DNA of 64,000 bases, taken from positions 1,959-65,958 of the forward strand of contig JAFAZW010000006.1 of the NCBI GenBank assembly GCA_019239415.1. Direction: 5' to 3'. Below, one piece after another: positions 1-9,329 of this stretch. Source of the DNA: Alphaproteobacteria bacterium. GTDB taxonomy: Bacteria > Pseudomonadota > Alphaproteobacteria > Sphingomonadales > Sphingomonadaceae. The position numbers and the translations under genes were made by a program. Within the stretch, counting starts at the first letter, position 1; each line of letters opens with the position of its first letter. The notes beneath the pieces were generated by a model. That model worked only from the letters and a program-made list of their open reading frames with translations, ran no database searches and was not told the origin of the DNA.

Positions 1-101
1 AGCAGGAACAGCCCCGCCATCCAGAAGATGACGAAGATGACATGGCCGGCCTTGATCCAGACGTAGGTCAAGCTGAGGGCCGTCTGCAGCGCATAGATCA
101 C
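1..101 (-). CDS. hemJ: HemJ-type protoporphyrinogen IX oxidase, N-terminal fragment (continues beyond window edge)
   Basis: My own reverse-strand translation from GTG 101..99 gives IYALQTALSLTYVWIKAGHVIFVIFWMAGLFL. This is the first TM helix with the K-x-x-H ... W-M-A-G-L-F pattern of HemJ/UPF0093. The start forms a GTGA overlap with the hemE stop. It is absent from the ORF track because it runs off the edge. Confidence 0.5.
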   Translation of the reverse strand, partial: MIYALQTALSLTYVWIKAGHVIFVIFWMAGLFL

Positions 102-1123
102 CGGCGCACCAGGGTAAGCAGCTGCTCGACGTGCGCGATCGGCGTGTCCGGCAAGATTCCGTGCCCCAGGTTGAAGACGTGCGGGCGCTCCCGGAACACA
201 GATAGGATGCGGGCCACCGCGGTTTCAAGCGCAGCTCCACCGGCAATCAGCGCCAGAGGGTCGAGATTGCCCTGGACCGGGAGCCCGACGGGGAGCGCGG
301 CTTCAGCCCAGGCCGGGTCGACGGTCTCGTCGAGGCCGATCGCATCGACGGCGGTCTCCCGGGAATAAGCCGGCAGCTTGCCGCCGGCGCCCTTCGGAAA
401 GCCGATGATCGGCGTGCCCGGATGCCGCGCCCTGAGCTTGCCGACGATCGTCGCCGTCGGTGCGATCACCCAGCGTTCGAACTGCGCCGGCGATAGGCTC
501 CCCGCCCAGCTGTCGAACAATTGCACCGCTTCGACGCCGCGCGCGATTTGCGCGGAGAGGTACTCGACCGTCATCGCCGCGATCGCATCGATGATCGCTT
601 GGAAGGCGGCCGGATCCCGGTACGCGTAACGCCGCGCCTCCGCCTGCTCGCGGCTGCCCTGGCCCGCGATCATGTAGGTGGCGACCGTCCACGGGCTTCC
701 CGCAAAGCCCAGAAAAGCGGTTTGCGGAGGAAGCGCTGCGGCGACTTTCTCCACAGTGGCGAAAACCGGCTCGAGCCGAGTCGGCACGCGCGCCAGCGAG
801 TCGAGCGCCGCGTCCACCAAAGGCGGCGACAGGCGCGGGCCCTCGCCGGCCTCGAACCGCAGCTCCTGGCCGAGCGCCCACGGTACGATGAGGATGTCCG
901 AGAACAGGATCGCGCCGTCGAAGCCGAAGCGGCGGATCGGCTGGAGCGTCACCTCCGCCGCGGCTTCGGAATCGGTGGCGAGATCGAGAAACCCGCCCTT
1001 CTGCGCCCGCAACGCGCGGTACTCGGGAAGATAGCGCCCCGCCTGACGCATCAGCCAAACCGGTGTTTTTTCAGGTTTTTCGCCGGCGAGCGCGCGGAGC
1101 AGGAGCTTATCGGCAGAGGGCAT
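98..1123 (-). CDS. hemE: uroporphyrinogen decarboxylase
   Basis: 341-aa ORF with the URO-D signature PVWLMRQAGRYLPEYR near the N-terminus. The length is typical of the family. Confidence 0.95.
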   Translation of the reverse strand: MPSADKLLLRALAGEKPEKTPVWLMRQAGRYLPEYRALRAQKGGFLDLATDSEAAAEVTLQPIRRFGFDGAILFSDILIVPWALGQELRFEAGEGPRLSPPLVDAALDSLARVPTRLEPVFATVEKVAAALPPQTAFLGFAGSPWTVATYMIAGQGSREQAEARRYAYRDPAAFQAIIDAIAAMTVEYLSAQIARGVEAVQLFDSWAGSLSPAQFERWVIAPTATIVGKLRARHPGTPIIGFPKGAGGKLPAYSRETAVDAIGLDETVDPAWAEAALPVGLPVQGNLDPLALIAGGAALETAVARILSVFRERPHVFNLGHGILPDTPIAHVEQLLTLVRR

Positions 1124-1435
1124 GACCAGGAACGGGCTCCCCGCTCTTCTCTCTTTAAGAGTCTTATAGAAGAGGATTGAAGTAGGATGTTGGGCGGCGG
1201 ATGCCGGGGTTTATTGGCTTCGCCCGATTTTGCAAACAGGTTGACGTGCCCGAAAGCCGCGGAACCGCGCGGAGTCGCGAAAGCCTTCCCCGCAATCCAC
1301 AGGCGCGACGTAACGAAACGTCAACCTTTGCAACTCTGTGGATGGTTCGGCGGGTTGCGGGGACGGCGCTTCGCCTTGCAACCGCCCCGAGGGTTACGGT
1401 AGCGCTTCCCACATGCTTATCCACAGCGCGTTCTG
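1124..1435. other. candidate chromosomal replication origin (hemE-adjacent, Cori-type)
   Basis: Divergent 312-bp spacer. It has a perfect DnaA box TTATCCACA at 1417..1425 and two 7/9 boxes sharing ATCCACA (1293..1301 plus strand, 1337..1345 minus strand). A 34% GC tract lies at 1147..1190, and GANTC sites lie at 1159..1163 and 1272..1276. The flanking genes (hemE and the DUF299 gene) are the same as at Caulobacter Cori. Confidence 0.55.
1417..1425 (+). promoter_or_regulatory. consensus DnaA box TTATCCACA
   Basis: Exact 9/9 match read directly, 10 nt upstream of the start codon at 1436. Confidence 0.6.
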
Positions 1436-2269
1436 ATGCCGGAGCCGCTCCACCTCCACCTCCTCTCCGACTCGACCGGCGAGACGCTGGAGGTGATCGC
1501 CAAAGCCTGCCTCGCCCAGTTCGACCATGTCGAGGTGCTGCGGCATTTCTGGCCGATGGTGCGATCCGAGGGCCATCTCGACCGTGTGCTCGACGATATC
1601 GAGCGCCGGCCGGGCCTCGTTCTCTACACCTTGGTCAACAGCAACATCCGCCGCGAGCTCGAACAGAAGACGCGGCGGCGGGGCATCCATGCCGTGTCGG
1701 TGCTCGACCCGGTGACCCATGCTTTGTCGGCGGTGCTGGGGCAGGAAGCGAAGGGGCGGCCGGGACGCCAGCACGCGCTCGATGCCGCCTATTTCGCCCG
1801 CGTCGACGCGATCCAGTTCACCATCGCGCATGACGACGGCGTCGGGGTGGAGAATTGGGAGGAGGCGGACATCATCCTCGCCGGTGTCTCCCGCACCTCG
1901 AAGACGCCGACGTCGATCTACCTCGCCAATCGCGGCTACAAGGTCGCCAACATCCCGCTCGTTCCCGAATCGCCGCCGCCGCCGCAGCTCTTTTCGCTCC
2001 GCCATCCCCTGATCGTCGGCCTGACGACCAATCCGGAGCGCCTGATCCAGATCCGCCGCAACCGCCTGCTCGCGCTGAACCAGGCGCCGGAGACGGACTA
2101 TGTCGACCTGGAGGCGGTGAACGCCGAGCTCGGCTTCGCCCGCCGCATCTTCGCCGACCAGGGCTGGCCGGTCATCGACGTCACCCGCCGTTCGATCGAG
2201 GAGACCGCCTTCGCCATCGTCCGGCTGTGCAACGAGCGCATCGACGCGGCGCGGGAGCAGGCCCCATGA
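1436..2269 (+). CDS. putative pyruvate, phosphate dikinase regulatory protein (DUF299 kinase/pyrophosphorylase)
   Basis: 277-aa ORF. It has the HLHLLSDSTGETLE N-terminus and the GVSRTSKTPTSIYLA P-loop typical of the PpsR/PDRP family. Confidence 0.88.
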   Translation: MPEPLHLHLLSDSTGETLEVIAKACLAQFDHVEVLRHFWPMVRSEGHLDRVLDDIERRPGLVLYTLVNSNIRRELEQKTRRRGIHAVSVLDPVTHALSAVLGQEAKGRPGRQHALDAAYFARVDAIQFTIAHDDGVGVENWEEADIILAGVSRTSKTPTSIYLANRGYKVANIPLVPESPPPPQLFSLRHPLIVGLTTNPERLIQIRRNRLLALNQAPETDYVDLEAVNAELGFARRIFADQGWPVIDVTRRSIEETAFAIVRLCNERIDAAREQAP

Positions 2270-2859
2270 GGCTGCTGCTCGCCTCGAAAAGCAGCGCGCG
2301 CCGCGCGATGCTCGAGGCTGCCGACATTCCCTTCGGCCTCGTCGAGGCGGAGCTGGAGGAGGAGCAGGCGAAGGCCGGGCTGTGGGGCGCCGGCTTCGAT
2401 GCGCTCGGCGTCGCCGAGGAGCTGGCGCAACTCAAGGCGCTCTCCGCCAGCGGGAGCGAGGGCGACCTCATCCTCGGCGCCGACCAGACCCTCGAGCGCG
2501 GCGACGGCACGATGCTGTCGAAGCCCGCGTCGCGCGATGAGGCCCGGGGCCAGCTCCATTCGCTGCGCGGGACGACGCACCAGCTCCACACCGCGGCCGT
2601 CATCGCGGAGGACGGCCAGCCGGTTTGGTGGGGAAGCGAGCGCGTGCGCCTCACCATGCGTCATTTCAGCGACGCCTTCCTCGACGATTATCTGGCGCGC
2701 GAGTGGGAATCGATACGCTGGAGCGTCGGCGGCTATCGCATCGAGGGGCCGGGCGTGCAGCTGTTCGAGAAGATCGAGGGCAGCCACTTCGCGATCCTGG
2801 GCCTGCCGCTCCTGCCGCTTCTCGATTATCTGCGCCAGCGGGGGCTGGTGAGGGCGTGA
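2266..2859 (+). CDS. maf: Maf-like nucleoside triphosphate pyrophosphatase
   Basis: ATG 2266 overlaps the upstream stop (ATGA). MRLLLASKSSARRAMLEAADIPF and the rest of the protein match Maf/YhdE. Confidence 0.88.
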   Translation: MRLLLASKSSARRAMLEAADIPFGLVEAELEEEQAKAGLWGAGFDALGVAEELAQLKALSASGSEGDLILGADQTLERGDGTMLSKPASRDEARGQLHSLRGTTHQLHTAAVIAEDGQPVWWGSERVRLTMRHFSDAFLDDYLAREWESIRWSVGGYRIEGPGVQLFEKIEGSHFAILGLPLLPLLDYLRQRGLVRA

Positions 2860-3683
2860 CGACGCCGTACGCGGAGGTGGTCGGCGATCCGGTCGCCCAT
2901 TCGAAGTCGCCGCTGATCCACAAGTTCTGGCTCAAGCGGCTCGGCATCGAGGGGGATTACCGGTGCACCCGCGTCACGGCGAGCGAACTGCCGTCGTATT
3001 TAGCGGCGCGGCGGCGAGACCCTCATTGGCGGGGCTGCAACGTCACCATGCCCCTCAAGGAACTCGCTTTGGCCGCGGTGGACACGTGCAGCTCGGCCGC
3101 CGCCGGCGCCGGAGCGGCCAATTGCATCATCAGGGGAGAAGCGGGACTCGTTGGCGCCAACACCGACGTTGCAGGGGTCATCGGCGCGCTTCCGCACCTG
3201 CTAAGCCGCGAGGTCGCCGCGATCATCGGTGGCGGCGGCGCAGCCCGGGCGGCGGTGTACGCGCTTGGCCGGCACAGCCTCCACGATGTCCGCATCATCG
3301 CGCGTGACCCGGACCGCGCGCGGCGAAAACTCGGCTCGATCTCAGGGGACCTTCGCTTCTTCGCCGTCGAGGATGCGAGGCGGGGCATGGACTGCGCCGA
3401 GCGCATCATCCAGGCTTCCGCCGCCGGCATGGCGGGAAATCCTCCGCTGCCGCAGGCGGTCCTCGACGCGCTTGCCGACGCGCACCCCGACGCATTCTGC
3501 CTGGAGATGGTCTACGATCCGCCGCTCACCCCCTTCGTCCGGCGCGCGCGGGAATTGGGTTACGGATGGAATGACGGCATCGCGATGTTGATAGCGCAAG
3601 CCGAGGAAGCCTTTCGCCTCCTGTTCGGCGCGCCGGCGCCCCGCCGTTGCGACGCGGAGCTGAGGGAGCTTCTGCGCGCATGA
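2856..3683 (+). CDS. aroE: shikimate 5-dehydrogenase
   Basis: GTG 2856 overlaps the maf stop (GTGA). The motifs VVGDPVAHSKSPLIHKFW and NVTMPLKE are present. Confidence 0.9.
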   Translation: MTTPYAEVVGDPVAHSKSPLIHKFWLKRLGIEGDYRCTRVTASELPSYLAARRRDPHWRGCNVTMPLKELALAAVDTCSSAAAGAGAANCIIRGEAGLVGANTDVAGVIGALPHLLSREVAAIIGGGGAARAAVYALGRHSLHDVRIIARDPDRARRKLGSISGDLRFFAVEDARRGMDCAERIIQASAAGMAGNPPLPQAVLDALADAHPDAFCLEMVYDPPLTPFVRRARELGYGWNDGIAMLIAQAEEAFRLLFGAPAPRRCDAELRELLRA

Positions 3684-4273
3684 TCAGGCTCGGGCTCACC
3701 GGCTCCATCGGCATGGGAAAGTCGACCGTGGCCCAGATGTTCGCCGACGAAGGGGTGCCCGTCTTCGACGCCGACGCCGAGGTGCATCGGCTGCAGGGGC
3801 CCGCCGGCGCGCTGGTCGAGATGATTGAGATGCATTTCCCGGGCACGACGGGGCCGGAAGGGGTGGATCGCGGCGCGCTTGCCGAGCGGGTGCTGGGGGA
3901 GCCGGAGAAACTGCGCAGCCTCGAGATGCTGGTCCATCCGGCGGTCGCGCGGGAGCGGGAGCGCTTTCTCGCCGAACATGGGCACGTACCCCTCGTCCTG
4001 CTCGACATCCCGTTGTTGTTCGAAGCGGGCGGCGCGGCTGCCGTCGACAAGATCGCCGTCGTCTCCGCGCCGGAGGCTGTGCAGAGGGAGCGGGTGCTGG
4101 CGCGGCCCGGGATGACGGCCGACAAGCTCGAGCGTATCCTCGAGCGCCAGCTGCCGGATGCGAAGAAGAGGGCACGGGCCGATTTCGTCATCCCGACCGG
4201 CGGCAGCGTAGAGGAAACGCGACAAGCGGTTCGCCGCATCGTCGCTTGCCTGACGGATGCGCTGGATTCATAG
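3680..4273 (+). CDS. coaE: dephospho-CoA kinase
   Basis: ATG 3680 overlaps the aroE stop. The P-loop GLTGSIGMGKST is present and the length is ~197 aa. Confidence 0.9.
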   Translation: MIRLGLTGSIGMGKSTVAQMFADEGVPVFDADAEVHRLQGPAGALVEMIEMHFPGTTGPEGVDRGALAERVLGEPEKLRSLEMLVHPAVARERERFLAEHGHVPLVLLDIPLLFEAGGAAAVDKIAVVSAPEAVQRERVLARPGMTADKLERILERQLPDAKKRARADFVIPTGGSVEETRQAVRRIVACLTDALDS

Positions 4274-4281
4274 TCGCCGCC

Positions 4282-4986
4282 ATGCGGGAAATCGTTTTCG
4301 ACACCGAGACCACCGGCCTCAGTCCGCTCGCCGGCGATCGCATCGTCGAGATCGGCTGCGTCGAATTGTTCAACCGGGTCGAGACGGGCCGCACCTTCCA
4401 TTCCTATTTCAACCCCGAGCGACCGATGCCGGCCGGCGCGCAGGAAGTGCATGGCCTGTCGGATGCCTTCCTGGCGGACAAGCCGCGGTTCCACGACGTG
4501 GTCGAGGACCTCATCGAATTCCTCGGCGATTGCCCGCTGGTCGCGCACAATGCCGGCTTCGACTTCGGCTTCCTCAACCACGAGCTGGGCAATTGCGGCC
4601 GGCCGCTGGTCTGCCTGACGCGGATGGTGGACACGCTCCAGCTCGCCCGCGCCCGGCATCCCGGCGCCAAGCACAGCCTCGACGCGCTCTGCACCCGCTA
4701 CGGCGTCGACCGCAGCGTGCGCGTCAAGCACGGTGCGCTCATCGACGCGCAGCTGCTCGCCCAATGTTATGTCGAGCTGACCGGCGGGCGGCAGATCGGC
4801 TTCGGCCTCGATACGATCGTCGCGGAACCGATCGACCCGGAGTTCAGGGAGGCGGCGCCGGCGCCGATCCGGATCGAGGTGCGGCCGCCGCGTGCCCATG
4901 CGCCGAGCGCGGAGGAGCTTGCCGCGCACACCCACTTCCTGAGCGGGATCGTCGATCCCATATGGGCTCGACTGGACGGGCGCTGA
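4282..4986 (+). CDS. dnaQ: DNA polymerase III subunit epsilon (3'-5' exonuclease)
   Basis: DEDDh motifs are present: FDTETTGL, HNAGFDFGFL and HGALIDAQLLAQCY. The start is at the internal ATG (MREIVFD). Confidence 0.9.
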   Translation: MREIVFDTETTGLSPLAGDRIVEIGCVELFNRVETGRTFHSYFNPERPMPAGAQEVHGLSDAFLADKPRFHDVVEDLIEFLGDCPLVAHNAGFDFGFLNHELGNCGRPLVCLTRMVDTLQLARARHPGAKHSLDALCTRYGVDRSVRVKHGALIDAQLLAQCYVELTGGRQIGFGLDTIVAEPIDPEFREAAPAPIRIEVRPPRAHAPSAEELAAHTHFLSGIVDPIWARLDGR

Positions 4987-5034
4987 CCGGCGCCGACGCC
5001 GATCGGCGGTTCGCGGAGCTTTGCGGAGACTCTC

Positions 5035-5406
5035 ATGGACATAAGGGTTTCTGGTCATCAGGTCGAAGTCGGGGAGGCTCTGCGCGGCCATGCGGCCGAG
5101 GCCATTCGCGCGGCGGACGACAAATATCATATGCGCGCGACCTCGGCGCAGGTGACCTTCGGAAAGGGGCCGCACGACCACGGCTTCACCTGCGAGATCG
5201 TCGCCTACGCCCCGCCGGGACTCGTGCTCAAGGCGCTCGAGCGCGCCGCCGATGCCCGCCCGGCCTTCGAGGCGGCGCTGGACAAGGTCGCCAAGCAGAT
5301 GCGCCGCAACACCCGGCGCCAGAAGGACCGCAACGGTGCCGGCGGCCATGACGACGCGCCGGGCATGGGGCTCGAGCCGGCGGCGGAGCGACGAGGGGTC
5401 GGCTGA
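5035..5406 (+). CDS. hpf: ribosome hibernation promoting factor (RaiA/HPF family, short form)
   Basis: 123 aa. The MDIRVSGHQVEVGEALR N-terminus is typical of sigma-54 modulation/HPF proteins. Confidence 0.85.
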   Translation: MDIRVSGHQVEVGEALRGHAAEAIRAADDKYHMRATSAQVTFGKGPHDHGFTCEIVAYAPPGLVLKALERAADARPAFEAALDKVAKQMRRNTRRQKDRNGAGGHDDAPGMGLEPAAERRGVG

Positions 5407-5484
5407 TCGAAGGGTGCCGGGCCGCTTTCCGTCCCGGCTGAATCTTCCTGCCTGCGCCGCGTGCGCGTCCCCATCTGGTGAGCG

Positions 5485-5952
5485 ATGACCGACCTTAACG
5501 ACCTGCTGACGATCGACCGCGTGGACGCGGCGCTGAGCGTCGCCAACAAGAAGGCTCTCTTCCAGCAGCTCGGCGCCGTCGCCGGGCGCAAGCTCGGCCT
5601 CGCGCCCAAGCTCGTCGTGGGCGCGCTGTCGGAGCGTGAGAAGCTCGGCTCGACCGGGTTCGGCGGCGGTGCCGCCATTCCCCACGCCAAGCTCGAGGGG
5701 CTCGACCACGTCTTCGGCTATTTCGCGCGACTGGCCCATCCGGTCGAGTTCCACGCCGTCGACGGCCTTCCCGTCGACCTGGTCTTCCTCCTGCTGTCGC
5801 CGACGGACGCCGGCGCCGACCATCTGAAGGCACTCGCGAGCGTCAGCCGCGCCCTGCGCGACCGCGAGACGACGGCGAAGCTGCGCGGAGCACGATCGCG
5901 CGACGCGATCTTCGCCCTGCTCGCCGGCGTCGAAACCCTCAATGCCGCCTGA
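5485..5952 (+). CDS. ptsN: PTS IIA-like nitrogen regulatory protein (EIIA-Ntr)
   Basis: 155 aa with an EIIA fold and the phosphorylatable His in GFGGGAAIPHAKL. It follows hpf, as in rpoN-type clusters. Confidence 0.85.
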   Translation: MTDLNDLLTIDRVDAALSVANKKALFQQLGAVAGRKLGLAPKLVVGALSEREKLGSTGFGGGAAIPHAKLEGLDHVFGYFARLAHPVEFHAVDGLPVDLVFLLLSPTDAGADHLKALASVSRALRDRETTAKLRGARSRDAIFALLAGVETLNAA

Positions 5953-6394
5953 AGCGGGCGCCGCGGCCCATTTTCGGGCCCTCGAATCGCTCTATCGCCA
6001 CGCGCCGGTCAACGGCCTGTTCGAATCGCGGCTGGAGATCGTCGAGGAAGGATATGCGCGCATCGCCTTCGAGGTCAGCGAAGCCCATTTCCACGCCGCC
6101 GGAGCCGCGCACGGCACGCTCTACTTCAAGATGATGGACGACGCCGCCTTCTACGCCTGCAACAGCCTGGCGACCGACCGCTTCCTGCTCACGACCGCGT
6201 TCAACCTGCTGTTCACGAAGCCGTTGCGGCCGGGGCCAGCCACGGCCGAAGGCCGCTGGGCGAGCGGGCGCCGCCGCGTATTTGTCGGCGAGGCGCGAAT
6301 CATCGACGCGGCGGGGGAGGAAGCCGGGCGGGGCACCGGAACCTTCATGCGCAGCCACATCGCGCTGTCCGGCCTTCCGGGCTACCGGCCCTGA
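5942..6394 (+). CDS. PaaI-family hotdog-fold thioesterase
   Basis: 150 aa. The GAAHGTLYFKMMDDAAFYA core and the length fit PaaI/YigI-like thioesterases. It overlaps ptsN by 11 nt. Confidence 0.65.
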   Translation: MPPEAGAAAHFRALESLYRHAPVNGLFESRLEIVEEGYARIAFEVSEAHFHAAGAAHGTLYFKMMDDAAFYACNSLATDRFLLTTAFNLLFTKPLRPGPATAEGRWASGRRRVFVGEARIIDAAGEEAGRGTGTFMRSHIALSGLPGYRP

Positions 6395-6396
6395 GC

Positions 6397-6735
6397 ATGG
6401 CGCCGCGTCTCGCGAGCTCGGTGCTCGTCGGGGCCCTGCGGCGGCGGGCGGAACTGGAAGGCGGCTACGCGGCGGTCCTGGCGAAGGGCGATGCGACGGC
6501 GGGAGCGATCCTGGTGATCCTGGTCGAGCGAGTGGGGAGAACCGCGCTTTATGAGAGGACGCTGCAGCCGGACGGCTGCTATCGCTGGGCCCCTCACGAC
6601 CCGCCGCCCGACGCACCCGACGCAGTTCCCGCGTTCGTCGCGCGCCGAAGGCGGTCCGACCCGGATCTGTGGGTGCTGGAACTGCACGTCCCGTCCATCG
6701 AACGGTTCGCCGCTGGAATGAACGCCTTCGATTGA
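6397..6735 (+). CDS. DUF1491 family protein
   Basis: 112 aa. VGALRRRAELEGGYAAVLAKGDATAGAILVILVER ... DPDLWVLEL matches my recollection of DUF1491. Confidence 0.7.
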   Translation: MAPRLASSVLVGALRRRAELEGGYAAVLAKGDATAGAILVILVERVGRTALYERTLQPDGCYRWAPHDPPPDAPDAVPAFVARRRRSDPDLWVLELHVPSIERFAAGMNAFD

Positions 6736-6908
6736 CTCTGCTGCGCCGCACAAACTAGCCCCCGCCCCGCACTTTCGCGAGCAGCGGGAGGCTGGCCGAA
6801 CCGGGGTTTTGGGGAGGCGGCCTGCGCGAGACGGAAGGCTGTCACGGGCGCGATCCTCTTCATCGCAGCGCCCGCTTGCGACGGCCGGCCGCACTGATGA
6901 AATGTTGA

Positions 6909-7541
6909 ATGAGTCGCATGTCCGGTACCGCGGGTTTCGCCGCGGCCCTTGTCCTCGCCGTTTTCGGCACCTTCCACGCCACCCCGTCCAGGGCGTGGCA
7001 GATCAACCTTCCCGCGGCGATTCCCGCCGTCGTCACCACCCTTCCCGCGACCCCGGCTCCGGCCGTTCCGGCCGAGCGCGAACCGGCGCTCGAACAGCCG
7101 GTCCTGCCCCAGGACGAGGCGTCGGCGACCCGGCCCACGCTGTCCCGGATGGTCGCGGAGCGCGGCACCGGTTCCGCCGCCGGCGCGGAGCAGGCGTGCC
7201 TCGCCACTGCCGTCTATTTCGAGGCGAAGGGCGAGCCGCTGAAGGGCCAGCTCGGCGTCGCCCATGTCATCCTCAACCGCACCCGCTCCGGCCGCTTCCC
7301 GCGCTCCGTGTGCGGCGTCGTGCGGCAGCCGGGGCAGTTCTCGTTCGTGCACGGCGGCCGCCTGCCGGCGGTGTCGCATGGCGCGCAGTGGAAGACGGCC
7401 TTGGCCATCGCCGCGATCGCGCTCGCCGGCGAGGCGCCGGCGCCGGCGCCCAAGGCGTTGTTCTTCCACGCCCGCTCGGTGTCGCCGGGCTGGCACCTGA
7501 CGCGGGTGGCAGCGATCGGGAACCACGTCTTCTACCGCTAG
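6909..7541 (+). CDS. cell wall hydrolase, SleB family
   Basis: Signal peptide followed by a C-terminal Hydrolase_2 core: CLATAVYFEAKGEPLKGQLGVAHVILNR ... VVRQPGQFSF. Confidence 0.8.
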   Translation: MSRMSGTAGFAAALVLAVFGTFHATPSRAWQINLPAAIPAVVTTLPATPAPAVPAEREPALEQPVLPQDEASATRPTLSRMVAERGTGSAAGAEQACLATAVYFEAKGEPLKGQLGVAHVILNRTRSGRFPRSVCGVVRQPGQFSFVHGGRLPAVSHGAQWKTALAIAAIALAGEAPAPAPKALFFHARSVSPGWHLTRVAAIGNHVFYR

Positions 7542-7579
7542 GGCTTGCCTAGCGTTCCCTGTTCATTCTAGCTGGCGGG

Positions 7580-8077
7580 ATGGCCTCCTCTCCGAGTCTC
7601 CAGCCGCAGCTCTGCTTCACCGACGCCCCGCCCGTCGCTCAGGACGTGGCGCGCGGGGTGACCCGGCTCCTCTTCCATCGCGACAGCTTCGCGCTGTGCG
7701 AGGTGCCGCTGCCGAACGGGCGCCGCGCGGACATGATGGCGATCGACTCGGACGGGCTGATCACCATCGTCGAGATCAAGGTGTCCCGCGCGGACCTGAT
7801 GGGCGACTGCAAGTGGCTGGAATATCTCGGCTATTGCGATCGCTTCTTCTGGGCCGTGCCCGAAGGGTTCGACCTCGCGCCGTTCGCGACGGCCGGCTTC
7901 CATCCCGAATTGTGTGGGCTGCTCGTCGCCGACCGCTACGAGGCGGCGGTGCTCCGCGAGGCGCCGCTGCGCAAGCTGCCGCCGGCGCGGCGCAAGGCGG
8001 AGACGCTGCGCTTCGCCCGCCGTGCCGCGCGGCGGCTCGTCGGGGACCTCGACCCGTCGCTTGCGGGATTCGCCTAG
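7580..8077 (+). CDS. MmcB-family DNA repair protein (PD-(D/E)xK nuclease fold)
   Basis: 165 aa. RADMMAIDSDGLITIVEIKVSRADLMGDCKWLEYLGYCDRFFWAVP matches the MmcB family core. Confidence 0.72.
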   Translation: MASSPSLQPQLCFTDAPPVAQDVARGVTRLLFHRDSFALCEVPLPNGRRADMMAIDSDGLITIVEIKVSRADLMGDCKWLEYLGYCDRFFWAVPEGFDLAPFATAGFHPELCGLLVADRYEAAVLREAPLRKLPPARRKAETLRFARRAARRLVGDLDPSLAGFA

Positions 8078-8691
8078 GGCCTGGGCCCGGCCGCCGGTTT
8101 CGCCGGAGCCATTTTCTCGGTCATCGCCTTGACCATCGCGGTCGCCCGCGGGTCGCGCTTGGCATATTCGAGTGCCGAATAGCCGCTCACCCGGTCGCTC
8201 TTGTTCGGATTGGCCCCGTGGCTGAGAAGCAGCTGGACCATCGGCAGGTCGCGCCGCTGCACGGCGAGCATCAGCGGCGTTTCGCCGCGCTGGTTGCCGA
8301 GGTCGACCGAGGCGCCGCGGCTGAGGAGCAATTCGGCGCCCTCACGCCAGCCGATCTGGGTCGCCAGGCTGAGCGGAGTCTCGCCCTTGCTGTTCTGGAT
8401 GTCGGCGCGGGCGCCCTTGCCGAGCAGGAAGTTGAGCCAGACGATCTCCCGGTCGCGGGTGACGTAGTGAAGCGCGCCTTCGCCGTCGGCCTGGTCGCGG
8501 ATGTTGAGGACCACGTTGGCGGAGCTGGCGACCAGCTGGTTGACCTTGTCGGCGTCCTTCTCCCGCACCGCCTTGAGGAACAGGTAGCCGTCGGAGTAAC
8601 TCTGCGCGGCGGCCGGCGCGCCGACGGTCAGCGCGAGCGCGAGAGCTGCCGCCGCGATGCGGCCATATCGCTTGATCACCTCGATCCCCAT
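8074..8691 (-). CDS. periplasmic ankyrin-repeat protein
   Basis: Start taken at the internal M (MGIEVIKRYGRIAAAALALALTVGAPAAAQ, a signal peptide). At least 3 ANK repeats are visible (GETPL..A......LLLS.GA). Confidence 0.78.
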   Translation of the reverse strand: MGIEVIKRYGRIAAAALALALTVGAPAAAQSYSDGYLFLKAVREKDADKVNQLVASSANVVLNIRDQADGEGALHYVTRDREIVWLNFLLGKGARADIQNSKGETPLSLATQIGWREGAELLLSRGASVDLGNQRGETPLMLAVQRRDLPMVQLLLSHGANPNKSDRVSGYSALEYAKRDPRATAMVKAMTEKMAPAKPAAGPRP

Positions 8692-8738
8692 ATCTCGACT
8701 TCGAACGCCGTCTGTAGCAAAGCCCGCCTGCCTGCGCC

Positions 8739-9329
8739 ATGAACGAAACACCCGCCAAACGCCTCCTCCCGCTCATCCTTGCCCTGCTCCTCGCCGCCTG
8801 TTCGGGGGCCGCGGGGGAGCCGCCGCTCAAGGGCGCGCGGATCGGCGGCCCCTTCGCCCTTACCGACCAGGACGGCCGCACCGTCCGCGACGGCGATTTC
8901 GCGGGCAAGTACCGGATCGTCTATTTCGGCTACACCCATTGCCCGGACATCTGTCCGAACGACCTCGCCGTCATCGGCCAGGCGATGCGGCGGCTCGAGA
9001 AGCAGACGCCCACCCGCGCGGCCAAGATCCAGCCGCTCTTCATCACCGTCGACCCGGAGCGCGACACCCCGGCGGTGATGAAGGCCTATACCGCGGCCTT
9101 CCATCCCCGCCTCGTCGGCCTGACCGGAACGCCGCAGCAGGTCGCGGTCGCCGCCAAGGCTTATGCGGTCTGGTTCGCCAAGCAGCCGCCGCAGCCGGGC
9201 GGAGGCTATGCGGTCGATCACAGCCGGATGACGGTGCTGATGGGGCCGAAGGGCGAGCCGGTCGCGCTCCTTCCCGCGGATCAAGGCGCGGAGCAGGTCG
9301 CCGCCGAGCTCGGGAAATGGGTGTCGTGA
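8739..9329 (+). CDS. SCO1/SenC-family copper chaperone (lipoprotein)
   Basis: Lipobox LLAAC, a thioredoxin-like CPDIC motif, and the YFGYTHCPDICP signature. Confidence 0.85.
   Translation: MNETPAKRLLPLILALLLAACSGAAGEPPLKGARIGGPFALTDQDGRTVRDGDFAGKYRIVYFGYTHCPDICPNDLAVIGQAMRRLEKQTPTRAAKIQPLFITVDPERDTPAVMKAYTAAFHPRLVGLTGTPQQVAVAAKAYAVWFAKQPPQPGGGYAVDHSRMTVLMGPKGEPVALLPADQGAEQVAAELGKWVS

Noticed and set aside
1155-1169. A possible CtrA box (TTAA-N7-TTAA) in the candidate origin.
   Set aside because: Only the first half-site is present (TTAA-gagtctt-ATAG). That is not enough to claim CtrA control.
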